From Verrucomicrobiota bacterium (GTDB lineage Bacteria > Verrucomicrobiota > Verrucomicrobiia > Chthoniobacterales > UBA6821): a DNA stretch of 32,000 bases. A model generated the notes under the pieces. That model was not told the origin of the DNA. It was given only the letters and a program-made list of their open reading frames with translations, and ran no database searches. The DNA lies in assembly GCA_008932965.1 (NCBI GenBank), contig WBXG01000011.1, positions 3,877 to 35,876 on the forward strand, in the 5' to 3' direction. Both the position numbers and the translations under genes were made by a program. Positions 1-8,560 of the stretch are shown piece after piece. Position 1 is the stretch's first letter. Every line of letters starts with the position of its first letter.

Positions 1-1
1 A

Positions 2-535
2 TTGGAAGATCTTTATCACATGGATTCCCACTCAAGCATCGTACGCCTTCGCTATTTTAATCCTATTGGAGCTCATCCTAGTGGACTCATCGGAGAAACT
101 CCCAGTGGAGTCCCCAATAACCTCATGCCCTACATCACCCAAGTTGCTGTGGGGATAAGAAAAAAACTTTCCATTTTTGGGAATGATTATCCAACTGTTG
201 ATGGAACAGCCGTGCGTGATTACATTCATGTGATGGACTTAGCGGAGGGACATGTGGCCGCGCTTCAAAAAACAGAACGCTCTTCGGGGCTCTCCACGTT
301 GAATTTAGGAACCGGTCGAGGTTCCTCCGTGCTTGAGCTAGTAGAGGCTTTTGAGGCTGCCACCGGAAAAAACATTCCTTATGAAATCGTAGCACGCCGT
401 GCAGGTGATGTCGCTGCTTGCTGGGCCGACCCTAGTGCTGCTCAAAAGCAATTAGGATGGGGGGCAACACGCGATCTAAGAACCATGTGTGCTGATAGTT
501 GGAATTGGCAACTGCGGGCTAGTTTTATTATTTAA
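2..535 (+). CDS. galE: UDP-glucose 4-epimerase, C-terminal part (5' end lies outside the window)
   Basis: The ORF is open to the window edge. The translation carries GalE-type C-terminal blocks: RYFNPIGAHPSG, PNNLMPY, VRDYIHVMDLAEGHVAAL, GTGRGSSVLE. Confidence 0.85.
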   Translation: MEDLYHMDSHSSIVRLRYFNPIGAHPSGLIGETPSGVPNNLMPYITQVAVGIRKKLSIFGNDYPTVDGTAVRDYIHVMDLAEGHVAALQKTERSSGLSTLNLGTGRGSSVLELVEAFEAATGKNIPYEIVARRAGDVAACWADPSAAQKQLGWGATRDLRTMCADSWNWQLRASFII

Positions 536-2957
536 TGGAACTGGCATTAGAATGGATCTTGGGCAATGCAATATATTTGGGTCTCCAGGTGGGAGTTTTC
601 ATAGAACCATCCCAGACATATTCAAATAATTTACTCACTGGAAAGAGAACTAGTCCAGGAAGTCCTTTAACATTAAGACGCATTTGCATGTTAATATGAT
701 CCTCAAGGTAAAAGATATCTCCATAGCCAATCATGCTAAATTCGGCACTTTGAATAGAAAGGTTTTTGGTGTGAATAATGCCACGTTGCACTGTAAAATC
801 TGCGGTTGCCTGGCGCGCTGCTTGATATCCTAAGCCTGGGTAAATATCGTTCATCAGTGTTGAGAGAGGACCAAAAATTGGCATTGCCAATACATTCCCA
901 TTTTTAATAAATAAATGCCCTTGGCCCTTCATGGCATAGTCATCCTTAGCTATTGTAGAAAAGTGGTAATTACCACTTAACCTTCCTTCAGATGTGTCGT
1001 GGTCAAAATAAAGTTTAGTGATGCTTTTAAAATCAATACTATCAAGATCGACATCAGCAGAGTAATGACCGTTGTCAGGTGCAATGGAGGCCGCAACTTG
1101 AAGTTTTACATTGCCGCCGAAAAGGGAGGCATCAGGAAGATAAATCAGAAGATCTTGTTTTTTAATCTGAATGGTACCATCTACTTTCGTGAATGTGAGG
1201 TTGCGCTTTATTAAAGTATAATCAAGGCCTTGAGGGGAATGAATTCGTAAATTCAAATCATTTTTTAAAGGATCCTTCAGGCCTAGTTTTCCAGTAACTT
1301 GAATTTCTGGAGGAGCGTGAAAGCGATAATCCTTTAGTGATTCTGCAATGCGAGGATCAATCCACATGAGAACAGTAATAGGATCGACTGCAGATTGAAT
1401 TTTAGGAAAAAGAATTTCTTGATTTTTAAAATCATAGACACACTCACCTGATGCCATTTTGCCACCAATTTTCGCTAAGATATTTTGAAAATCTAAAGCC
1501 CCCTCTTTCATTTGAAATGTAGACACAAGAGAATCAATCCAAGCCCCTCGCACCGAAGAAGAACCTAGGTCCAGTCTTCCTGAACCTGAAAAAGCAAGAG
1601 GGTCAAGCTTGGGAGCACTTCCTTCGAAAGTAACTTGAAGGGGATCTTTAAAATTGACCAAGGAGAGAAAATTTTGCAAAGAACCTTTTGCAGCAGGGAG
1701 AAGAGATTGTGGGAGGAGCGATAGATGAATTCTAAGACGATTATCTTGGGGGGCTATCATCAGATCGGCTTCTAAGGAGCCTGGCTCCCCAGTGAGTTGC
1801 AAATCACGAACAAGAAAACGTCCTCCTTGGTAAGTGCATCCAAAAGAAAAATGATCCATAGAAATACCCCTATAGATAAAACGTCCTGATGCTACATGAG
1901 CTTCCCCTTGAAGGACCGGAACCCCATTTTTCCAATGTGTAGCAAAGGCTCCTTCAAGATGAGGTGGGTCAATCCAAACAGACTCAGAAAGAGGATTTTT
2001 TGATAGAACAAGAGCAGAGAGAGACCCAATGTCACACATCCCTGAAAAATTCAAAGCAGCTTGACACTCTTTAAAGTCGGCATTTCCGGAAGCATGAAGC
2101 TCTCCTTTGCTATCATCTATGAATAGCTGGTTCAGCTTTAACAAGCCATTGGCGAATTCTAAATCTGCCCTGATTGCTGTGAAATTCCATGGACCATAAT
2201 GACACGGTCCTGCAATGAAAAGTGCATGATCAATTCGTAGTAATCCAGTGTTAGTTAAATCACCACTTGCTTCAATATCGAGGGTCGGGGCTCCTCCCTC
2301 CCATTCCATGCGTTGTAAGAGTTGCTGGACACGTTCAATAGTTTGAGCAATTTTTCCTGGCTCCTGAGAGGAGACTGCTTGTGGAGCAAATGTTTTGGGA
2401 TTAAGAAAATTACCGCTTGCATGAACATGGATGCCACAGAGATCAAAATGAGCATTACTTAGGGTCAACTGTCCTGGCGGAGAAACAATTTTGGCATCGA
2501 CATGATCCAGTCGCAAACGAGGCTCTTCCTTATTTCCAAGAGGAACATCAATAGAGGTGCGATTGAGCTGAAGTAAATCAATTTGAATGCTCCCTCGTGA
2601 AAGTGCTGATAAATTGGGGAAAATCGTTATTCGTTTGGCATGCACTAGAAGACGATGCGAAGGGTTTTTTTCTAATAGCTCAAGGCCCTCGGCAATGAGT
2701 CCATCGCTGAGACTAAAAAGAAGACGATGAATTTTTACTTCATAAAATTGACCAGCAAGTGCATTTTCAACACGGTGACGAACGCCATTTCCTAAGCCAT
2801 AAAAACGGGCTGTTAAAAGAAAAAGAGGGGTGCCTGCTAAAATCAAGATAACCACAAGCTGAGCAAAGCGCGCGATAACATGACGCAGCATGGCTTCAGT
2901 ATGATCGAGTATTAAGCTGAGGTTTTTTTTATTTTTAATCATCTTAACTATGCTCAT
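528..2957 (-). CDS. AsmA-family outer-membrane biogenesis protein (large periplasmic protein with an N-terminal anchor)
   Basis: 809-aa ORF with an ATG start. It has one N-terminal TM helix (LVVILILAGTPLFLLTA) followed by a long beta-rich region. The C-terminal block (FTVQRGIIHTKNLSIQSAEFSMIGYGDI...MQMRLNV...WDGSMKTPTWRP) resembles the AsmA-like C-terminal domain. Confidence 0.6.
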   Translation of the reverse strand: MSIVKMIKNKKNLSLILDHTEAMLRHVIARFAQLVVILILAGTPLFLLTARFYGLGNGVRHRVENALAGQFYEVKIHRLLFSLSDGLIAEGLELLEKNPSHRLLVHAKRITIFPNLSALSRGSIQIDLLQLNRTSIDVPLGNKEEPRLRLDHVDAKIVSPPGQLTLSNAHFDLCGIHVHASGNFLNPKTFAPQAVSSQEPGKIAQTIERVQQLLQRMEWEGGAPTLDIEASGDLTNTGLLRIDHALFIAGPCHYGPWNFTAIRADLEFANGLLKLNQLFIDDSKGELHASGNADFKECQAALNFSGMCDIGSLSALVLSKNPLSESVWIDPPHLEGAFATHWKNGVPVLQGEAHVASGRFIYRGISMDHFSFGCTYQGGRFLVRDLQLTGEPGSLEADLMIAPQDNRLRIHLSLLPQSLLPAAKGSLQNFLSLVNFKDPLQVTFEGSAPKLDPLAFSGSGRLDLGSSSVRGAWIDSLVSTFQMKEGALDFQNILAKIGGKMASGECVYDFKNQEILFPKIQSAVDPITVLMWIDPRIAESLKDYRFHAPPEIQVTGKLGLKDPLKNDLNLRIHSPQGLDYTLIKRNLTFTKVDGTIQIKKQDLLIYLPDASLFGGNVKLQVAASIAPDNGHYSADVDLDSIDFKSITKLYFDHDTSEGRLSGNYHFSTIAKDDYAMKGQGHLFIKNGNVLAMPIFGPLSTLMNDIYPGLGYQAARQATADFTVQRGIIHTKNLSIQSAEFSMIGYGDIFYLEDHINMQMRLNVKGLPGLVLFPVSKLFEYVWDGSMKTPTWRPKYIALPKIHSNASSIK

Positions 2958-3034
2958 GAGCCTGGCTATTTTATACTAAAACATACATCGAAATTGAAAA
3001 TAGGCCCTCTTGATTTCTGTTTGGGTTCAGGTTT

Positions 3035-3300
3035 TTAGACCAAATATTTCCTATCAATCACCTGCAGAAGCTAGGAAGCTAGGAAGCCAGGTCGATGCTG
3101 CATTAGACTCACATTGTGGCTTGAGCAGTATGTATGGCTACAGCCGTCTTCAAAATATGTGTCTGCGTTGACTCGCTCGCTCCCGCTCGTCTCGCCCTTT
3201 CAGGGCTGCCCCCTTAAAGCCAGGGCAGTCTCCACCGCGGTCTCCCGACCGCCGGTGGTTGCCCCATCAGTCTTGGCGGCCTCCTCTACCACGATCCATC
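3035..3300. repeat. MITE-like palindromic element, long variant with extra GC-rich modules (copy A)
   Basis: The left end TTAG-ACCAAATATTTCCTATCAATC resembles the family end TTAA-CCCGCATATTTCATACCGATC. The internal GGCTTGAGCAGTATGTATGGCTACAGCCGTC block is shared with other copies. 3167-3202 is identical to 31965-32000, and 3234-3256 is identical to 31610-31632. The right arm CCCCATCAGTCTTGGCGGCCTCCTC matches copies at 18198 and 13944. The right terminus is degenerate and overlaps the TPM gene 3' end. Confidence 0.5.
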
Positions 3301-4029
3301 AGCACCACCACCACCGCTCTCACCACCTCCCCCAGAAAAGCCGCCCCAATCATTACCACCACCAGTGCCTCCTCCAAGACCACCCCCTCCGATAAACCAG
3401 CCTCCACCGCCCCCATTTTTACCTCCAGAAGATCGCTTTTGAAAAAAAGAAATAATGATGATGAGTAAAAAAAACCCGATTGGAGAAAAGAGAAGCCTTT
3501 GCCAAGAAACGATTTGTTTCTTTTTTAAGGGGTTCTCGTTTTTATATTCCCCTGCTGTTGCTTTCATAATGGCATGGATGCCATCTAGGAGAGCTTGATT
3601 AGGGTTTCCTTGTTGAAAAAGAGGAGTCATTACCTCATCGATAATCTGCTTGCAAAGGGCATCTGGCAGTGCTCCTTCTAATCCATAACCAGTCTGAATA
3701 TGAATTTGATGCTCCTTCGCAAAGATGAGAAGTAAGACACCATTGCTATTTTTTTTCGTTCCCAAATGCCAGGTGCTATAAAGTTGTTGTGCATAATCAT
3801 CCAATGAAGTCCTGCTCGAAAATGTAGGTTCAATCACTACGACAATTTGATTCGAAGTCTGTTGATCAAAGCGTTCTAGTTGAGTATTGAGCTCCATAGC
3901 TACTTGAGGAGAGACCATACTGGCCTCATCATTAAAATAGTTTTTGGGTGATGGGGGTAATCCCTCTGCTCCTTGAAGAGGAATAAAACTCCATATTAGA
4001 AGAGCAAGAAAAAGGGTCAAGCGGGCCAT
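3286..4029 (-). CDS. TPM-domain (YgcG-like) membrane protein with a glycine-rich C-terminal tail
   Basis: Signal peptide MARLTLFLALLIWSFIPLQGA. A TPM-type core (YFNDEASMVSP...NQIVVVIEPT...GVLLLIFAKEHQIHIQTGYGLEGALPD). A TM helix (IGFFLLIIIISFF). A GGGGxxGGGG tail ending GSW. It lies next to a LemA gene, which is the classical pairing. Confidence 0.85.
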   Translation of the reverse strand: MARLTLFLALLIWSFIPLQGAEGLPPSPKNYFNDEASMVSPQVAMELNTQLERFDQQTSNQIVVVIEPTFSSRTSLDDYAQQLYSTWHLGTKKNSNGVLLLIFAKEHQIHIQTGYGLEGALPDALCKQIIDEVMTPLFQQGNPNQALLDGIHAIMKATAGEYKNENPLKKKQIVSWQRLLFSPIGFFLLIIIISFFQKRSSGGKNGGGGGWFIGGGGLGGGTGGGNDWGGFSGGGGESGGGGADGSW

Positions 4030-4100
4030 AGAGTTTTATATATATAGTCCAATTACTTAGAAATTACAGGCAGTTGACTTGATCTTCATAGAAAAAGGGA

Positions 4101-4202
4101 GCCTTCTCATTCCTTCATGATATCACAAGGTGCGTTGATTCTTTGGTCTCTTCGCAAGGGGTACGCATGGTGCTTCCATCGACAGTAGATAAATGTTTCT
4201 AG
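4101..4202. repeat. Degenerate, shortened MITE-like remnant between lemA and the TPM gene
   Basis: CTCATTCCTTCATGA resembles the left end. GCGTTGATTCTTTGGTCTCTTCGCAAGGGG resembles the internal block GCGTTGGTCTCGA..TGGGG of other copies. CGACAGTAGATAAATGTTT-CTAG resembles the right end CGATCAGTATGAAATATGCGGG-CTAG. Confidence 0.35.
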
Positions 4203-4253
4203 CAGGAGATGCCGGCTACCAATACCGGTGAGCATTCGCGTTGGAGAGTGATC

Positions 4254-4880
4254 TTATTTCTTATTGCTAAAATCAAACTTGACTGAAGGGGCTGTCTCTG
4301 AGGTTGGATTTGCAGTAAAATAAGGCTTTGGTCCATACCCCATGAATCCTGCAAGAAAGATTGCTGGAAAGGAACGTACTTTAATGTTGTAGACTTGAAC
4401 TGCGGTATTGAAACGCTCACGTTCTACAGAAATGCGATTTTCAGTTCCTTCAAGTTGTGCTTGGAGATCACGAAAATTCTGACTCGATTTAAGATCTGGA
4501 TAACGTTCACTAACAACTAAGAGGCGTGAGAGAGCCGTTCCAAGCTGTCCCTGTGCCTGTTGAAAAGCGGCAAGCTGGGCAGGGTCGGTCGGAGCTTGAT
4601 TGGTATTGAGCTGAGCACGTCCGACTGAAGCACGTGCCTCGGTTACCTCTACCATTGTAGATTGTTCAAACTGAGCGGCTCCTGCAACTGTCTGTACCAA
4701 GTTAGGGACTAAGTCAGCTCGGCGTTGATAGACATTTTGTACTTGTGCCCAGGCAGCATCTACCGATTGAGAAGCGCTCACAAGACCATTATAAATTCCT
4801 ACAACAAAGACGACGGAGGAAATGGCAAGGAATACTACAATAGCTGCGATAATAAGTAGGATACGAAACGAATTGTTCAT
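4254..4880 (-). CDS. lemA: LemA family protein
   Basis: N-terminal TM helix (ILLIIAAIVVFLAISSVVFVVG). It is followed by the LemA-type core (YNGLV...VDAAWAQVQNVYQRRADLVPNLV...ERYPDLKSSQNFRDLQAQLEGTENRI...R..FN..V..YN). I chose the internal ATG (MNNSFRI) at 4880. The ORF track extends it to 4931 with a non-ATG start. Confidence 0.85.
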   Translation of the reverse strand: MNNSFRILLIIAAIVVFLAISSVVFVVGIYNGLVSASQSVDAAWAQVQNVYQRRADLVPNLVQTVAGAAQFEQSTMVEVTEARASVGRAQLNTNQAPTDPAQLAAFQQAQGQLGTALSRLLVVSERYPDLKSSQNFRDLQAQLEGTENRISVERERFNTAVQVYNIKVRSFPAIFLAGFMGYGPKPYFTANPTSETAPSVKFDFSNKK

Positions 4881-5055
4881 AATAAAGAAGATCTCGGACA
4901 GGTTGTTCTTGGTAGTGTTAACAAGTGACACATGGTCGCCGTGAAATCAATATCCTTACTTGGTTCTGCTAGTGTGCACAATATTTTTATCTAAATCCTA
5001 GAATATCTATGAAATTGACATTCTAAGAATCAATCGAGTAGCTTAGAAAATTCTA

Positions 5056-5239
5056 TTAATCCAGAAACTTCATACTAATCGTAGCGAGAGGGCCGCGAAG
5101 CTAAGGTGGGCAAGGCGAGACCTGAATTCTGACGACAGCTGTGTAAGTATGCACTGCCCGAGGAAGGCTTCGAGATCAACGTAGTATCCAGTTGGCTTCC
5201 TACCTACCGTAAGTGATTGGCATGAAATATCCGGGTTAA
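5056..5239. repeat. MITE-like palindromic element, 184 bp (copy B, internal blocks inverted relative to copies H and L)
   Basis: TTAA-TCCAGAAACTTCATAC at the left end and CATGAAATATCCGGG-TTAA at the right. The reverse complement of the interior (CTGGATACTACGTTGATCTCGAAGCCTTCCTCGGGCAGTGCATAC) aligns with 31889-31935 of copy L. Confidence 0.7.
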
Positions 5240-5326
5240 AGCACAATGCTCGTTTTACGAACGTTCATGTAAAAATAGAAATGCTCCTTGGGCGCTTTTA
5301 ACTTTTCAAATTCCTCAATTTTTCAA

Positions 5327-6625
5327 ATGAAACTCTGTATTATTGGATCTGGCTATGTTGGTCTTGTGACGGGGGCGTGTTTTGCGGAGGTCGGCCACCA
5401 CGTTATGTGCGTCGATAATAACCCCAAAAAAATAGCGATGTTGTTGGCTGGCGAAATTCCTATTTATGAGCCAGGACTTGAAGAGCTCGTCACGCGTAAT
5501 GTGGCCTCAAAACGTTTGATGTTTACAAGTAGCATTCAAGAGGGAGTTGATCATGGAGAGGTTGTTTTTATTGCAGTTCCAACCCCACCTCAACCCGATG
5601 GCAGTGTCGATCTCTCCTATATTGAAGCGGTCGCCCGAGAAATTGCTGGTGTCCTCAAAGAATATCGAGTCATCGTTGACAAGAGCACGGTCCCTGTGAA
5701 AACCGGAGAGAAAGTTGCTGATACGATTCGACGTTACAACAAGACCGGTTCTCAATTTGATGTGGTGAGTAATCCTGAATTTCTTCGTGAGGGATGTGCT
5801 GTTGCTGATTTGATGAAACCAGATCGTATTGTCATCGGAAGCAACAATGACCGTGCCGTTGCGCTCATGAAAAAGATTTACGAACCTTTCATGTCTCCCA
5901 TTCTTGTCACCGACATTAATAGTGCAGAATTAATTAAACATGCAGCCAATTCATTTTTAGCGCTAAAAATTTCCTACATTAACGCTGTTGCAGCTATTTG
6001 TGAGGCTAGTGGAGCCGACGTGGAAAAAGTTGCCGATGGTATCGGCACGGATAAGCGTATTGGCCGTAACTTCCTCAATGCTGGTCTTGGCTATGGTGGC
6101 TCATGCTTTCCAAAAGATATCGCAGCCTTCATCTCCATTAGTCGTCAGCTAGGGGTTCCCTTCACCTTGTTAGAAGAAGTAGAGCGAATTAATACCTCTT
6201 CCTTAGAACGTTTTCTCACCAAGGTTCGTGAAGCCCTTTGGGTTTTACGCGATAAAAAAATTGCTGTTTGGGGATTAGCGTTCAAACCCGATACTGATGA
6301 TATTCGCTGCTCGGTCGCTATGGATCTTGTTGTTCAGCTACTCAAGGAGGGGGCACAGGTAACCGTCTATGATCCCAAAGGGATGGAAAAAGCTCAGGAG
6401 CTCGGAACTATTTCTAAGGCTATTTTTGCTACCTCTCCTCTAGAAGCCGCCAAAGATGCGGAAGCCCTCATCATTGCTACTGAATGGAGTGAATTTGCAA
6501 ATGTCGATTTTAGCTCTTTGAAAGAAAAAATGCATACCCCTTTGATTTTTGATGGTCGTAACCTACTCCATCCTGATGTGGTTCGAGAAGCTGGATTTAC
6601 CTATGTTAGCGTAGGAAGAGCATAA
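5327..6625 (+). CDS. ugd: UDP-glucose 6-dehydrogenase
   Basis: N-terminal Rossmann motif MKLCIIGSGYVGLVTGACFAEVGH. NPEFLREG. Catalytic-Cys block GLGYGGSCFPKD. C-terminal WGLAFKPDTDDIR. The ATG at 5327 is preferred over the upstream TTG at 5288. Confidence 0.9.
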   Translation: MKLCIIGSGYVGLVTGACFAEVGHHVMCVDNNPKKIAMLLAGEIPIYEPGLEELVTRNVASKRLMFTSSIQEGVDHGEVVFIAVPTPPQPDGSVDLSYIEAVAREIAGVLKEYRVIVDKSTVPVKTGEKVADTIRRYNKTGSQFDVVSNPEFLREGCAVADLMKPDRIVIGSNNDRAVALMKKIYEPFMSPILVTDINSAELIKHAANSFLALKISYINAVAAICEASGADVEKVADGIGTDKRIGRNFLNAGLGYGGSCFPKDIAAFISISRQLGVPFTLLEEVERINTSSLERFLTKVREALWVLRDKKIAVWGLAFKPDTDDIRCSVAMDLVVQLLKEGAQVTVYDPKGMEKAQELGTISKAIFATSPLEAAKDAEALIIATEWSEFANVDFSSLKEKMHTPLIFDGRNLLHPDVVREAGFTYVSVGRA

Positions 6626-6703
6626 ATCTCATCTCCCAAGGGATCATATGAAATCCCATGATCGATTCATGCAGCCAATGGTTCATTCATAAAACCCAAT
6701 CCT

Positions 6704-8560
6704 ATGGAACCCAAGAATAGGAATTCAGTTTCAGATCCCTGTTCTTTTCAGTACCGAGCTCCCATCGATCTTGAGATCGATGAAATCGAAATCAAAAATA
6801 TTCTGTTGCTTGGTTCCTGTTTGGCGAATTGCCTCTGGATGGGGTTGCACACTCATTTACCAACGCTCCGAGCGAAATATAAAATTGATCATTTGTTAAT
6901 CAACAACATCGCTCCCCTTCCTTCAAAATTGCCAAGACCGATCCAAGAGTACTCTTTTCAAATCATTCAGCCTCCACTGAGGACAGTTTTTCCCGAGAGT
7001 TTTTTTTTACGTTGTGATTATCAGGATACTAAAGCCGCTAAAAAAGCTTTTAAACAGTCGGTGAAGCTTCTTGAGTTATTTTTAGATAACGTTCTTCAAT
7101 ACCACAGAAAATATAGCCTCACCACCTTCATCACTAATTTTCTTGTACCTCAACAAAATCCCCTCGGAAGGCTTTTTCCTAAATATGACCTTAGGAATAT
7201 TCCCTTTTATGTGGAGGAACTCAATCGGCACTTATCAGCATTGATTGAAGAAAGAAACAATCTGTATCTTATCGATATCAACGAGATTGCGGCTAATTTT
7301 GGACGACGTTACATCCAAGATGATGTGCTCCATATCAGCAATCACGGATCGGTTGTGGAGGACTCTGATTTTGCATTCGATTTAAGACGTATCGAGAAGC
7401 CAACTCGCTTTTCCAAACAAAATGTTTTAAACACCTCTGGTTTTATCGATGCCATCATTCATGAAATTATCACTCATTATAAAATAGTCCGTCAGCATCA
7501 TTCTGTAAAAATTGTCATTTGTGATCTTGATGATACTCTTTGGCGAGGCGTGCTTGCAGAGGATGGGATCCATCTTGTGGGGCTGGAAGGCTGGCCCTTA
7601 GGTTTACTAGAAGCCCTTCTAGTTCTTAAAAAACGAGGTATTCTCCTTGCTATTGCGAGTAAAAATGAGGAGAAGCTGATCATTCAAAAATGGCCTGAGA
7701 TCTTTGGAGGTCACTTGCGGCTCGATGATTTTGTGGTTAGAAAAATTAATTGGAAGGAAAAGGCAGAGAATATTGGTGAGATTTTAAACGAGGTCCATCT
7801 TCTTTCAAGTAGTGCCTTGTTTATTGATGACAACCCTTTAGAGAGAGAAAAGGTGCAGCTTGCATTTCCTGAAATGAGAGTTCTAGGAGCCAACCACTAC
7901 ACATTAAGAAAAATTCTCCTTTGGGCTCCTGAATTACAAGTTCCCCAAATCACACATGAATCCCACCAACGCACGGAGAGTCTTAGAAAGAGAATCCCTC
8001 AAGCCAAACAGGGAATGAACATCAGTCGTAAAAAATTCTTAGATTCTTTAAAACTCAATATGGAATCCCTGAGGATAGATTCCATAGAGCATCCAGATTT
8101 TCCACGTGCTTATGAATTACTCAACAAAACGAACCAATTTAACACCACTGGCCAACGATGGAGATATGAAGAATGTCGCCTCTTCTTTGAAAAAAAAGGA
8201 TTTTTTGATGTTTTTAAAGTTAAGGATAAATTCACTAATTATGGATTAGTCGGGATTGTAGTGGTCAAGGATTACCATCTTGTACAAGTAGTCATGAGTT
8301 GCCGAGTAGTAGGGCTTGATTTAGAGAAGGGAATGCTTGTTCATGTGCTCAACCATGCCAATGGTCATCCTCTGACTGCCAATTTTATCAAGACAAAATC
8401 TAATCTTCTCTGCCATACCTTTTTTTCTGATTCGGGTTTCCTTAAAAACGGGAAAATGTGGTGCTATGATCCCCTTTCTAAAAAAAAATCAGCAAATCAC
8501 ATTTCTGTTGATACCATTCCCACGTGCAAAGGCGGAAAAGCTCATTCGGGCACGGCTTAA
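6704..8560 (+). CDS. FkbH-like HAD-superfamily (subfamily IIIC) phosphatase-domain protein with a C-terminal GNAT-like region
   Basis: HAD motif I ICDLDDTLWRGVL. Motif II-like LAIASKNEE. Motif III/IV-like FIDDNPLERE. Total size of about 620 aa and the trailing NKTNQFNTTGQRW block are typical of FkbH-domain proteins. Confidence 0.75.
   Translation: MEPKNRNSVSDPCSFQYRAPIDLEIDEIEIKNILLLGSCLANCLWMGLHTHLPTLRAKYKIDHLLINNIAPLPSKLPRPIQEYSFQIIQPPLRTVFPESFFLRCDYQDTKAAKKAFKQSVKLLELFLDNVLQYHRKYSLTTFITNFLVPQQNPLGRLFPKYDLRNIPFYVEELNRHLSALIEERNNLYLIDINEIAANFGRRYIQDDVLHISNHGSVVEDSDFAFDLRRIEKPTRFSKQNVLNTSGFIDAIIHEIITHYKIVRQHHSVKIVICDLDDTLWRGVLAEDGIHLVGLEGWPLGLLEALLVLKKRGILLAIASKNEEKLIIQKWPEIFGGHLRLDDFVVRKINWKEKAENIGEILNEVHLLSSSALFIDDNPLEREKVQLAFPEMRVLGANHYTLRKILLWAPELQVPQITHESHQRTESLRKRIPQAKQGMNISRKKFLDSLKLNMESLRIDSIEHPDFPRAYELLNKTNQFNTTGQRWRYEECRLFFEKKGFFDVFKVKDKFTNYGLVGIVVVKDYHLVQVVMSCRVVGLDLEKGMLVHVLNHANGHPLTANFIKTKSNLLCHTFFSDSGFLKNGKMWCYDPLSKKKSANHISVDTIPTCKGGKAHSGTA

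Noticed and set aside
3286-3420. Glycine-rich tail (GGGGWFIGGGGLGGGTGGG...) of the TPM protein as a possible novelty
   Set aside because: Gly-rich tails ending in G-S-W-like residues are a common feature of YgcG/TPM-family proteins. Only the overlap with the repeat arm is noteworthy, and that is covered elsewhere.
3114-3468. Two plus-strand ORFs (3114-3395 and 3259-3468) giving Pro/His/Thr-rich translations
   Set aside because: They are the antisense reading of the glycine-rich tail of the TPM gene (GGN codons read as NCC) and of GC-rich repeat modules. They have no start context or domain features. They are frame artefacts.
4881-4931. N-terminal extension of LemA given in the ORF track (start at 4931)
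   Set aside because: It uses a non-ATG start and adds 17 residues before the TM helix. The internal ATG at 4880 gives a typical LemA N-terminus. In addition, my manual reading of bases 4917-4934 did not reproduce the track translation exactly, so I avoid relying on that segment.
6642-6657. GATCATATGAAATCCC after the ugd stop codon, and CCCATCTCATCATACTCAT at about 12417-12435, as possible further element stubs
   Set aside because: Only 8-10 matching positions each and no flanking TTAA/CTAG in register. That is too weak to call by eye.
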